A DNA stretch of 64,000 nt from Escherichia coli (GTDB taxonomy: Bacteria > Pseudomonadota > Gammaproteobacteria > Enterobacterales > Enterobacteriaceae), in NCBI RefSeq assembly GCF_048403405.1, contig NZ_CP183129.1; one strand, written 5' to 3'. Shown here one piece after another: positions 21,716 to 30,754 of this stretch; within the stretch, counting starts at the first letter, position 1, and every line of letters starts with the position of its first letter. Made by a program: the position numbers and the translations under genes. The notes beneath the pieces are model-generated. The model saw only the letters and a program-made list of their open reading frames with translations, did not search any database and was not told the DNA's origin.

Positions 21716-21974
21716 CCACCACTATTTCATTAAACAGGGTTATCCAGACATGGCGGCACACAAAAATATCTCCGGGAAAAACCCCCTCTCTGACGAAGAC
21801 ATTTTGCAGGCGGTTTACCGGGTATGTTTCAGCCCGTCCGGTGAAATCAACCGGGATGGCGTGGATGCGCTGATTACAACACTGGATCGCCGTATCAGTG
21901 ATCTATTGGATGAGATTATCCATTTTTGTGAGTTTCAGCAGAGCGCGTCGCACTGGCAGCGCGTACTTCACTGA
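21705..21974 (+). CDS. Small ORF (74-89 aa) paralogous to an N-terminal segment of TssC
   Basis: GVDALITTLDRRISDLLDEIIHFCEFQQSASHWQRV aligns with downstream TssC AVDSMIADIDERISRQMDVIIHAPAFQQVESFWRSL (17 of 36 identical); GTG at 21705 or ATG at 21750. Confidence 0.5.
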   Translation: MGNNHHYFIKQGYPDMAAHKNISGKNPLSDEDILQAVYRVCFSPSGEINRDGVDALITTLDRRISDLLDEIIHFCEFQQSASHWQRVLH

Positions 21975-22024
21975 TGGCGAAAAGCCGGTTTCAGAAACAC
22001 AGCTAAAACAGAAGGATTTTCAGT

Positions 22025-23500
22025 ATGTCTTTACAGGAAGAGGAACTCGTTTCCAGTCATGCCGGGCAGCCTGAGCAGGCATCGTCGCTGCTTGATCAAA
22101 TCATGGCACAGACCCGTATTCAGCCCGGTTCGGAAGGTTATGACGTTGCCCGCCAGGGTGTGACAGCCTTTATTGCCAGCATCCTGCAATCCACTGCATC
22201 TGCCGAACCGGTCAATAAACTGGCCGTGGACAGCATGATTGCAGATATTGATGAACGCATCAGCCGCCAGATGGATGTCATCATCCATGCGCCTGCCTTT
22301 CAGCAGGTCGAGTCGTTCTGGCGCTCACTGAAAACCATGGTGGATCGCGTTGATTTCCGTGAAAACATCAAGGTCAACGTGCTTCATGTCACCAAGCAGG
22401 AACTTCTGGAAGACTTTGAGTTTGCGCCAGAAATTATTCAGTCCGGATTTTATAAGCACGTTTATTCGTCCGGTTTCGGACAGTTTGGCGGTGAACCCAT
22501 CGCTGCCGTGCTGGGCGCTTATGAGTTCAAAAATACCGCGCCTGACATGAAACTGCTGCAATACGTCAGTGCCGTGGGCGCAATGGCGCACGCACCGTTC
22601 CTGTCCTCCGTTTCCCCGGAGTTTATGGGGCTGAACTCGTGGACCGAACTGCCTAATATCAAAGATCTTTATGCCATCTTTGAAGGTCCGGCCTACACCA
22701 AATGGCGCGCCCTGCGAGACTCGGAAGATTCGCGCTATATAGGGCTTACGGCACCCCGCTTCCTGCTTCGCCAGCCTTATTCACCAACAGATAACCCTGT
22801 TAAGAACTTTAACTATCACGAAGATGTCAGCCGGAACCACGAAGATTATCTGTGGGGTAATACGGCCTGGATGCTGGCGTGCAATGTCGCAGACAGTTTT
22901 GCCAAATACCGCTGGTGTCCAAATATCATCGGTCCGCAAAGCGGCGGCGCAGTGAAAGATCTGCCGGTGCATCTGTTCGAAACGATGGGTCAGATTCAGG
23001 CCAAAATCCCAACCGAGGTGCTGGTCACCGATCGCCGCGAATTTGAACTGGCTGAAGAGGGTTTTATCACCCTTACCATGCGTAAAGACTCTGATAATGC
23101 AGCCTTTTTCTCTGCAAACTCGGTACAAAAACCGAAGCACTTTCCGGGCAAAGACGCAGAAACCAACTATAAGTTGGGTACGCAGCTTCCTTATCTCTTC
23201 ATCATCAATCGGTTAGCGCACTACATCAAGGTGTTGCAGCGTGAACAACTGGGGTCATGGAAAGAAAGGAGCGACTTAGAGAGGGAGCTTAATACCTGGA
23301 TCCGTCAGTATGTTGCCGACCAGGAAAACCCGCCTGCGGACGTGCGCAGCCGCAAGCCTCTGCGTGCTGCCAGAGTTGAGGTTATGGATGTGGAAGGCGA
23401 ACCCGGCTGGTACCAGGTCGCGCTGAGCGTGCGGCCCCATTTTAAATTTATGGGGGCAAACTTTGAGCTTTCCCTGGTTGGCCGGTTAGACAGGGAGTAA
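22025..23500 (+). CDS. tssC: T6SS sheath large subunit TssC (VipB)
   Basis: 491 aa, typical TssC. Confidence 0.9.
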   Translation: MSLQEEELVSSHAGQPEQASSLLDQIMAQTRIQPGSEGYDVARQGVTAFIASILQSTASAEPVNKLAVDSMIADIDERISRQMDVIIHAPAFQQVESFWRSLKTMVDRVDFRENIKVNVLHVTKQELLEDFEFAPEIIQSGFYKHVYSSGFGQFGGEPIAAVLGAYEFKNTAPDMKLLQYVSAVGAMAHAPFLSSVSPEFMGLNSWTELPNIKDLYAIFEGPAYTKWRALRDSEDSRYIGLTAPRFLLRQPYSPTDNPVKNFNYHEDVSRNHEDYLWGNTAWMLACNVADSFAKYRWCPNIIGPQSGGAVKDLPVHLFETMGQIQAKIPTEVLVTDRREFELAEEGFITLTMRKDSDNAAFFSANSVQKPKHFPGKDAETNYKLGTQLPYLFIINRLAHYIKVLQREQLGSWKERSDLERELNTWIRQYVADQENPPADVRSRKPLRAARVEVMDVEGEPGWYQVALSVRPHFKFMGANFELSLVGRLDRE

Positions 23501-23506
23501 CACGCC

Positions 23507-23920
23507 ATGATACCGGATCGGGAAAGAACCACAGGTTCTCTTTTTGAGCGTATGGAAGCCTCACCGGCCAGAAACTGGCAAGGAAGCAGTATTCATGCGC
23601 TCAGGCAGTCCATTCGCCAGAACCTGCGAAACATTCTTAATACCCGATCCGGTAGTTGCCGGGGTGCGCCTGAACTGGGCATTGATGAACCTGAAGGGGC
23701 TGAAAACTTCCGCGAATCAATGAGTCTGGCCATCGCGCAATGTATAGAACGCTATGAACCCCGGATCTCACACGCTGAAGTGCAGGCTGTGGTTTCATCC
23801 GCCGCCAGCCCGCTGGATATGACGTTTCGTATTACAGCCTGGGTGACATTTAACGAAACGCATGAGGTGCTTGAATTTGATATGGCACCGAATGGCAGCC
23901 AGCATTACCGGGTGGACTGA
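23507..23920 (+). CDS. tssE: T6SS baseplate protein TssE (gp25-like)
   Basis: 137 aa, GSLFERM... N-terminus typical of TssE. Confidence 0.85.
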   Translation: MIPDRERTTGSLFERMEASPARNWQGSSIHALRQSIRQNLRNILNTRSGSCRGAPELGIDEPEGAENFRESMSLAIAQCIERYEPRISHAEVQAVVSSAASPLDMTFRITAWVTFNETHEVLEFDMAPNGSQHYRVD

Positions 23921-23923
23921 CAA

Positions 23924-25774
23924 ATGGAATTTGAAGAACGCTATTTCCGGGAAGAACTCGATTACCTGCGCCAGCTTAGCAAGCTGCTGGCAACGGAAAA
24001 ACCCCATCTGGCCCGCTTCCTGGCCGAAAAAGATGCAGATCCGGATATTGAACGCCTGCTGGAAGGGGTGGCTTTTCTTACCGGCAATCTCCGCCAGAAA
24101 ATTGAGGATGAATTCCCAGAACTGACGCACGGGCTTATTAAGATGCTATGGCCTAATTACCTGCGTCCGGTTCCGGCAATGACCCTTATTGAATATACGC
24201 CGGATATGGATAAGTCTTCTGTACCGGTGTTAATCCCCCGTAATGAGCAGTTTACAACCAACGCCGGGGAAATCAGAGTTGATGAAGTGCTGCCCTCTGA
24301 TGCTAAAAAGGAGGAGCCTCCTCCCTGTACCTTCACCCTCTGCCGGGATATCTGGCTGCTGCCCGTTCGCCTGGAGCAGATTGAAAACCGCAGTACGACC
24401 CGTAATGGTGTTATCAACATCACCTTTTCGGTCGCACCGGGAACGGACTTCCGCACGCTGGATCTGAACAAACTTCGCTTCTGGCTCGGCAATGACGACA
24501 ACTATACCCGTGACCAGCTTTATTTATGGTTCTGTGAATACTTGCAGGGTGCCGACCTGACTGTGGGTGAACAGCATATTCGCCTGCCTGAGTTTATGCT
24601 GAAAGCTGTCGGTTTTGAGCCGCAGGATGCCATGCTGCCCTGGCCGAAAAACGTCCACAGCGGCTACCGGATCCTTCAGGAGTATTTCTGTTACCCCGAT
24701 GCGTTTCTCTTTTTTGATCTTTGTGGTTGTCCGGCTTTGCCTGACGGATTGCAGGCGGAATTCTTTACCCTGCAACTGCGTTTTTCGCGCCCTTTGCCCG
24801 TGGACATCCGGCTGCGCCGCGATTCCCTGCGCCTGTATTGCGCACCTGCCATTAATTTATTTATCCACCATGCAGAAGCCATCACGCTGGACAACCGGCG
24901 GGCAGACTATCCGCTGGTTCCCAGCCGCCATTACCCACAACATTACGATGTATTTTCCGTTAACAGTGTGGTGAGCCAGGTCCAGGATATGTTCAGGAAA
25001 AAAGATCTGGGGCGTCCTGTTTCGACGCAGGCCGCGCGCCAGTGGCCAGCCTTTGAAAGTTTCAGCCATCAGATGGAATACAGCCGGAAGCGGGAAGTGG
25101 TGTACTGGCATCACCGGACCAAAACATCCCTGTTCCATCGCGGCTTTGATCATACTCTTGCCTTTATACATGCTGATGGCAGTTATCCGTCAGATGAATC
25201 TCTGCTCAGTAATGAAGTGGTTTCGGTATCGCTGACCTGTACCAACCGTGAGCTTCCGTCACAAATTCGTTCCGGCGATATCACCGGCACAACCGGTAAA
25301 AATGCGGCTGTTGCTTCATTTCGCAACATTACCCGCCCGACGCAACCACTCTGGCCGGTCATTGATGGCAGCCTGCACTGGTCCCTACTCTCCGCCATGA
25401 ACCTGAATTATCTGTCATTACTGGATACGGACGCGCTGAAGCAGGTCATCGCCAACTTTGATCGCCACGCAATCCATCATCCGCAGACGGCGCGGCTGTC
25501 ACAACAAAAGCTGGATGCCATTGAGCGTCTGGAGACTCGCCCTGTCGACCGCCTGTTTACGGGCATTCCCGTCCGGGGGCTGGCCTCCACGCTGTATCTG
25601 CACCCGGAGCCGTTTGTCTGTGAAGGGGAAATGTATCTGCTCGGTACGGTGCTTTCGCATTTTCTGTCGCTGTACGCCAGCGTTAACTCATTCCACATGC
25701 TGACCGTTGTGAACACAGAAAGCCAGGAGACATGGAAATGGACGGAAAGAACCGGGCAGCATCCTCTTATCTGA
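23924..25774 (+). CDS. tssF: T6SS baseplate protein TssF
   Basis: 616 aa, MEFEERYFREELDYLRQL... typical TssF. Confidence 0.85.
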   Translation: MEFEERYFREELDYLRQLSKLLATEKPHLARFLAEKDADPDIERLLEGVAFLTGNLRQKIEDEFPELTHGLIKMLWPNYLRPVPAMTLIEYTPDMDKSSVPVLIPRNEQFTTNAGEIRVDEVLPSDAKKEEPPPCTFTLCRDIWLLPVRLEQIENRSTTRNGVINITFSVAPGTDFRTLDLNKLRFWLGNDDNYTRDQLYLWFCEYLQGADLTVGEQHIRLPEFMLKAVGFEPQDAMLPWPKNVHSGYRILQEYFCYPDAFLFFDLCGCPALPDGLQAEFFTLQLRFSRPLPVDIRLRRDSLRLYCAPAINLFIHHAEAITLDNRRADYPLVPSRHYPQHYDVFSVNSVVSQVQDMFRKKDLGRPVSTQAARQWPAFESFSHQMEYSRKREVVYWHHRTKTSLFHRGFDHTLAFIHADGSYPSDESLLSNEVVSVSLTCTNRELPSQIRSGDITGTTGKNAAVASFRNITRPTQPLWPVIDGSLHWSLLSAMNLNYLSLLDTDALKQVIANFDRHAIHHPQTARLSQQKLDAIERLETRPVDRLFTGIPVRGLASTLYLHPEPFVCEGEMYLLGTVLSHFLSLYASVNSFHMLTVVNTESQETWKWTERTGQHPLI

Positions 25775-26820
25775 GTCCGGGAAATCCCCCGGCAGATAAA
25801 GAGCAGAATGATCCGCTGGCACAGGTTTTTCATAACGCCTGCTCTTACAATTTTTTTGCGATGGCGGAGCTGTTGCACCGCCTGGCACAGGGTGAAAAGG
25901 GGACGCCGGAATTATCCCTGCGCGACGATCCGGCACAGGAAACCCTGCGTTTCAGCGCCGATGCCAGCCTTGCGTTTCCCCTGAGTGATATCAGTGCGCT
26001 GAAACGGGATACGTCAGGGGCATTCAGGATGACCACTACCTTTATGGGGTTACAGGGGAGCCAGTCGCCTCTCCCCGGTTATTACCTCGATCACCTGGCC
26101 TGGAAAGCGGTACATGAACAAAGTCCGGTAGGTGATTTTCTGGATATGTTCAGCCACCGCCTGACCCAGTTTGTCTGGCATATCTGGCGTAAGTACCGCT
26201 ATCACATCAGTTTTCGTAACGGCGGTGTGGATGCGTTCTCGCAGCGCATGTACTCCCTTGTTGGGCTGGGCCACCGCCAGCTTCGCGATAAGCTGGCGAT
26301 TAATCACAGCAAAATGCTGGCGTATTCCGGGATCCTGGCAAATCCGGGACGATCCCCGGAAATAATCTGCGGTCTGGTGTCCCACTGTTTTGATTTGTCA
26401 GACGTGACGCTGCAAAACTGGCAACGTCGCAAGGTGGATATTGAACCGGATCAGCAAAATAGCCTGGGGAGTTATTCACTTAAAAATGGCGAAAAACTGG
26501 CAGGAAGATCGGTACTGGGCAACTTTGTTCTGGGTACACGGGTGCCCGATCTCAGCGGAAAATTCCAGCTCAGTATTACCAGCCTGACCCGAAAACAGTT
26601 CCTCTCTTTTCTGCCGTCCGGCGAAAACTTCCTGCCACTGACGATGTTTGTGTCCTTCATCCTGCGCGATCAGCTTGCCTGGGACTTACATCTGGGGCTG
26701 GCGCCGGAGCAGGTGGGCGCAATGCGCCTGGGCGATAACAAAAGTGCGCTGCTGGGCTGGACCAGCTTCCTCGGCACACCGGAAGAACGACCTTCAGTCA
26801 CCATCAGGGTACGGTCGTAA
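25732..26820 (+). CDS. tssG: T6SS baseplate protein TssG (start uncertain)
   Basis: 362 aa ORF overlapping tssF end; YNFFAMAELLHRLA resembles the TssG N-terminal motif. Confidence 0.8.
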   Translation: MEMDGKNRAASSYLSPGNPPADKEQNDPLAQVFHNACSYNFFAMAELLHRLAQGEKGTPELSLRDDPAQETLRFSADASLAFPLSDISALKRDTSGAFRMTTTFMGLQGSQSPLPGYYLDHLAWKAVHEQSPVGDFLDMFSHRLTQFVWHIWRKYRYHISFRNGGVDAFSQRMYSLVGLGHRQLRDKLAINHSKMLAYSGILANPGRSPEIICGLVSHCFDLSDVTLQNWQRRKVDIEPDQQNSLGSYSLKNGEKLAGRSVLGNFVLGTRVPDLSGKFQLSITSLTRKQFLSFLPSGENFLPLTMFVSFILRDQLAWDLHLGLAPEQVGAMRLGDNKSALLGWTSFLGTPEERPSVTIRVRS

Positions 26821-26823
26821 ATT

Positions 26824-28125
26824 ATGATAATCACGGAGCAGAATATGCCGGAAGAGAAACTACAGACGCTTTCATTGCAGGTCATTAACGGCAGTGAGCT
26901 GGAAAGCGGGCGGGCGGCGCGCTGTCTGTTCACACAGCAGGGAAATGTCGGCCATGGCCCCGAATGCCACTGGTCGGTACAGGATCGTCAGCAGAGCATT
27001 CCGGCTCAGGCTTTTACCGTTATCCTGCACGATGGCACATTTTGTCTGCGCCCGCAGACGGCACAACTGTGGCTGAACCAAGCAAAAGTCACAGCAACAT
27101 CAGACCTGATACAGCTGCGCCAGGGCGATGAGATCCAGATAGGGCGTCTGATGGTGAGGGTTCATCTGAACCGGGGAGATATCCCCCATTACGATGAGGA
27201 AATGGCCACTCCCGAAACCATCGTCACCAATCGCGATATGCTCACGGATACCCTGCTGTCAACGGAGGGTGCGCCACACTATCCGGGAATGACTCACCGG
27301 CATCAGCTTGCAGACACCGTGGTAAACGGTTTTTCTGCCGATCCACTCCAGGCTCTTCAGTCCGAAAGCCTGATTACCACGGGCGATCCGCTTTCAGGCA
27401 TTGCGGCTGTCCGGCCATCGGCACCGCTGTCCGATCCGGCAAGTAATGGGGGGATCAATACGCCGTTTATGGATCTGCCGCCCATTTATGCCAGCCCCGG
27501 CGATCGTAATGATGACGTCTCTGTGGCAGAAATGGCGCAACGCCACCTTGCGGTCACCCCCTTACTGCGCGGTCTCGGCGGTTCGCTTACCGTGAGCAAT
27601 TCCGACGATGCGGATGATTTTCTGGAAGAGGCCGGACGAACGTTACAGGCCGCAATAAAAGGTCTGCTCGATTTGCAGCAACAGCGTAACAGCCTCTCAG
27701 ACAAACATTTGCGCCCGCTGGAAGATAACCCGCTGCGCCTGAACATGGATTACGCCACCGCGCTCGACGTGATGTTTGCCGAAGGTAAAAGTCCGGTACA
27801 TCTGGCGGCTCCCGCCGCTGTCAGTGAAAGCCTGCGCAATGTCCGCCACCACGAAGAAGCTAACCGGGCAGCGATTGTGGAGTCGCTTCGTGTCCTGCTG
27901 GATGCTTTCTCACCACAAAATCTGCTGCGCCGCTTTGTGCAGTACCGCCGCAGCCATGAACTGCGCCAGCCGCTGGATGATGCCGGAGCATGGCAAATGT
28001 ACAGCCATTATTACGAAGAACTGGCCTCCGATCGCCAGCAGGGGTTTGAGATGCTGTTTAACGAGGTCTACGCCCAGGTCTATGACCGGGTGCTTCGTGA
28101 AAAACAGCGGGAGCCGGAAGCATGA
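26824..28125 (+). CDS. tagH: FHA-domain T6SS accessory protein TagH
   Basis: 433 aa; N-terminal FHA-like region (LSLQVINGSELESGRAARCLF...GDEIQIGRLMV). Confidence 0.75.
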   Translation: MIITEQNMPEEKLQTLSLQVINGSELESGRAARCLFTQQGNVGHGPECHWSVQDRQQSIPAQAFTVILHDGTFCLRPQTAQLWLNQAKVTATSDLIQLRQGDEIQIGRLMVRVHLNRGDIPHYDEEMATPETIVTNRDMLTDTLLSTEGAPHYPGMTHRHQLADTVVNGFSADPLQALQSESLITTGDPLSGIAAVRPSAPLSDPASNGGINTPFMDLPPIYASPGDRNDDVSVAEMAQRHLAVTPLLRGLGGSLTVSNSDDADDFLEEAGRTLQAAIKGLLDLQQQRNSLSDKHLRPLEDNPLRLNMDYATALDVMFAEGKSPVHLAAPAAVSESLRNVRHHEEANRAAIVESLRVLLDAFSPQNLLRRFVQYRRSHELRQPLDDAGAWQMYSHYYEELASDRQQGFEMLFNEVYAQVYDRVLREKQREPEA

Positions 28126-28646
28126 ACAGGAAGGCGTTTCTGGCCTGCGTGCTGATGTGCGTCATATTAACCGGCTGCGAAACGGCGAAAAAAATCAGCG
28201 AGGTGATCAAAAACCCGGATATCCAGGTCGGGAGCCTGAAGGAGCAACCTTCGGAAATAACCGTCACCCTGCTGACCGAACCGGACACCAATACCAATGC
28301 GGAGGGTGAATCAGCCGCCGTGGATGTGCAACTGGTGTACCTGACTGACGACTCAAAATTGCTGGCAGCCGACTATGACCAGATAGCCAGTACGCCGCTA
28401 CCGGATGTGCTGGGTAAAAACTATATCGACCACCAGGATTTCAACCTGTTGCCGGACACCATCAAAACCCTGCCGCCGGTAAAGCTGGATGAGAAAACGC
28501 AGTTTATTGGTGTCGTGGCCTATTTCTCCGATGACCAGGCCACTGAATGGAAACAAATCGAGACGGTGGAAGGAACCGGCCACCATTACCGCCTGCTGGT
28601 GCATGTACGTCAAAGCAGCATCGAAATGAAAAAAGAGGATGAATAA
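28122..28646 (+). CDS. tssJ: T6SS outer-membrane lipoprotein TssJ
   Basis: 174 aa with lipobox (ILTGC); ATGA overlap with tagH stop. Confidence 0.85.
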   Translation: MNRKAFLACVLMCVILTGCETAKKISEVIKNPDIQVGSLKEQPSEITVTLLTEPDTNTNAEGESAAVDVQLVYLTDDSKLLAADYDQIASTPLPDVLGKNYIDHQDFNLLPDTIKTLPPVKLDEKTQFIGVVAYFSDDQATEWKQIETVEGTGHHYRLLVHVRQSSIEMKKEDE

Positions 28647-28648
28647 TT

Positions 28649-29980
28649 ATGGCAACCACCCGCAACAAGGTGATGTGGCAGGAAGGGATGCTGATGCGCC
28701 CACACCATTTCCAGCAACAGCAGCGTTACAACGACTACCTGGATAACCAGCGTTTCCGGGCCATGAATGATTTATCCTGGGGATTTACCGAACTCACCCT
28801 CAACAATGAACTGCTGGCGCAGGGTAAGATCATGATTGACAGCGCGTCAGGCACACTGCCCGACGGCACCGTCTTTTCTATCCCCGACCAGGACGCACTG
28901 CCCGATCCGCTGCACCCGCAACATTTTCCGGACGAAAGAAGCCGCAATATTTACCTCGCTCTGCCGGTCGCCAGTGATGTGAGAAATGAAATCAGCGACG
29001 GGCGGCGAATCGGGCGTTACCGGCTGAATTATGCCGATGTCCGGGATCTGCATTCAGAAGAAGGTGACGCGCGAACACTGACGCTGGGTCAACTGACGCC
29101 GCGCATTATGAGCGGTGCAGAAGATATGAGCGCCTATATTACGCTCCCGCTTTGCCGTATCAGCGATCGCCATGCCGACGGCTCCCTGACGCTGGATGAC
29201 GATTTTATCCCCTCCTGCCAGAATATTCAGGTCAGTAAGAAACTGCGTGTTTATCTCAAAGAGGTACAGGGGGCCATTGGCGGACGGGCAAGCGATCTGG
29301 CAAACCGCATTGGCTCTCCGGCGCAGAGCGGCATCGCGGATGTGGCGGAATTTATGATGTTGCAGTTACTTAACCGTAACCAGACCCGGTTTACCCATCG
29401 CGCTCGTCGATCCCAGCTCCACCCGGAAGATTTCTACCTTGATCTTGCCGGGTTGCTGGGTGAACTGATGACCTTTACCGAGCCGTCGCGCCTGCCCTGC
29501 CCGCTTGATGTGTATGATCATCATGACCTGACCAAAACATTTAAAACGCTGTTACCGGAAGTCAAACGGGCGCTGCATACCGTACTGTCGCCAAGAGCCG
29601 TTAATCTGCCGCTGCATCTGCGTGACGGTATCTGGCAGGCCGATATCCATGACACAGAACTGCTGCAATCTGCCACCTTTGTGCTGGCCGTGGCGGCAAA
29701 CATGCCGGTCGATCAGATCCAGCGCCAGTTTATCCAGCAGTCGAAAATTTCCTCGCCGGAAAAAATCCGCAATATGGTCAGTGTGCAGATACCCGGCATT
29801 CCATTGCGTGCCCTGATGGTGGCTCCCCGCCAGCTTCCTTACCATTCCGGGTTCAGCTATTTCGAACTCGACAAGAGCGGCCAGGCCTGGACAGAAATGG
29901 CTGCCGCCGGGGCCGTTGCACTGCATGTATCCGGCAGTTTCCCGGATCTGAACATGCAACTGTGGGCGATAAGAGGGTAA
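28649..29980 (+). CDS. tssK: T6SS baseplate protein TssK
   Basis: 443 aa, MATTRNKVMWQEGMLMRPHHFQQQ... typical TssK. Confidence 0.9.
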   Translation: MATTRNKVMWQEGMLMRPHHFQQQQRYNDYLDNQRFRAMNDLSWGFTELTLNNELLAQGKIMIDSASGTLPDGTVFSIPDQDALPDPLHPQHFPDERSRNIYLALPVASDVRNEISDGRRIGRYRLNYADVRDLHSEEGDARTLTLGQLTPRIMSGAEDMSAYITLPLCRISDRHADGSLTLDDDFIPSCQNIQVSKKLRVYLKEVQGAIGGRASDLANRIGSPAQSGIADVAEFMMLQLLNRNQTRFTHRARRSQLHPEDFYLDLAGLLGELMTFTEPSRLPCPLDVYDHHDLTKTFKTLLPEVKRALHTVLSPRAVNLPLHLRDGIWQADIHDTELLQSATFVLAVAANMPVDQIQRQFIQQSKISSPEKIRNMVSVQIPGIPLRALMVAPRQLPYHSGFSYFELDKSGQAWTEMAAAGAVALHVSGSFPDLNMQLWAIRG

Positions 29981-29984
29981 GACG

Positions 29985-30746
29985 ATGGATGAGGGGTCAC
30001 TGTCTCTGCCACCATTTACCGGACACCACGAAAAAAGCCAGCGCGACTATCATCTCGCGCTTCGTGGCAACAGCCTGAATCCGATGATCGACGCAGCCAC
30101 GCCGCTCCTCGGTATGGTGATGCGCCTTTCAACCATGAACAGTCAGACGATGCCGGAGCATCTTTTTGCTCAGGTGGTGACGGATGTTCAGGCCGTGGAG
30201 CAACTGCTTCAGGAGCAGGGCTACGAACCGGGCGTGATTATCTCGTTTCGCTACATCCTCTGCACGTTTATTGATGAAGCGGCGCTCGGTAACGGCTGGT
30301 CGAACAAGAACGAGTGGATCAAGCAGTCATTGCTGGTCCATTTCCACAACGAAGCCTGGGGTGGAGAGAAAGTTTTCATCCTGCTGGAGCGCCTGATCCG
30401 TGAACCCAAACGTTACCAGGATCTGCTGGAATTTCTCTGGCTCTGTTTTTCTCTGGGATTTCGCGGGCGCTACAAAGTGGCAGCACAGGATCAGGGGGAA
30501 TTTGAGCAGATCTACCGCCGCCTGTACCACGTCCTGCATAAACTACGCGGCGATGCCCCTTTCCCGCTGTTACACCAGGACAAAAAAACCCAGGGCGGGC
30601 GTTATCAGCTCATCAGTCGCCTGACCATTAAACATATTTTTTGTGGTGGCGTTGTCGTGCTGGCGTTGTTTTACCTGTTCTATCTGTTGCGGTTGGACAG
30701 CCAGACGCAGGACATCCTGCACCAGCTAAACAAATTACTTCGATAA
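29985..30746 (+). CDS. tssL: T6SS membrane protein TssL (DotU/IcmH family), no peptidoglycan-binding extension
   Basis: 253 aa with single C-terminal TM helix (GGVVVLALFYLFYLL); ends right after the TM. Confidence 0.85.
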   Translation: MDEGSLSLPPFTGHHEKSQRDYHLALRGNSLNPMIDAATPLLGMVMRLSTMNSQTMPEHLFAQVVTDVQAVEQLLQEQGYEPGVIISFRYILCTFIDEAALGNGWSNKNEWIKQSLLVHFHNEAWGGEKVFILLERLIREPKRYQDLLEFLWLCFSLGFRGRYKVAAQDQGEFEQIYRRLYHVLHKLRGDAPFPLLHQDKKTQGGRYQLISRLTIKHIFCGGVVVLALFYLFYLLRLDSQTQDILHQLNKLLR

Positions 30747-30754
30747 GGACGTTT

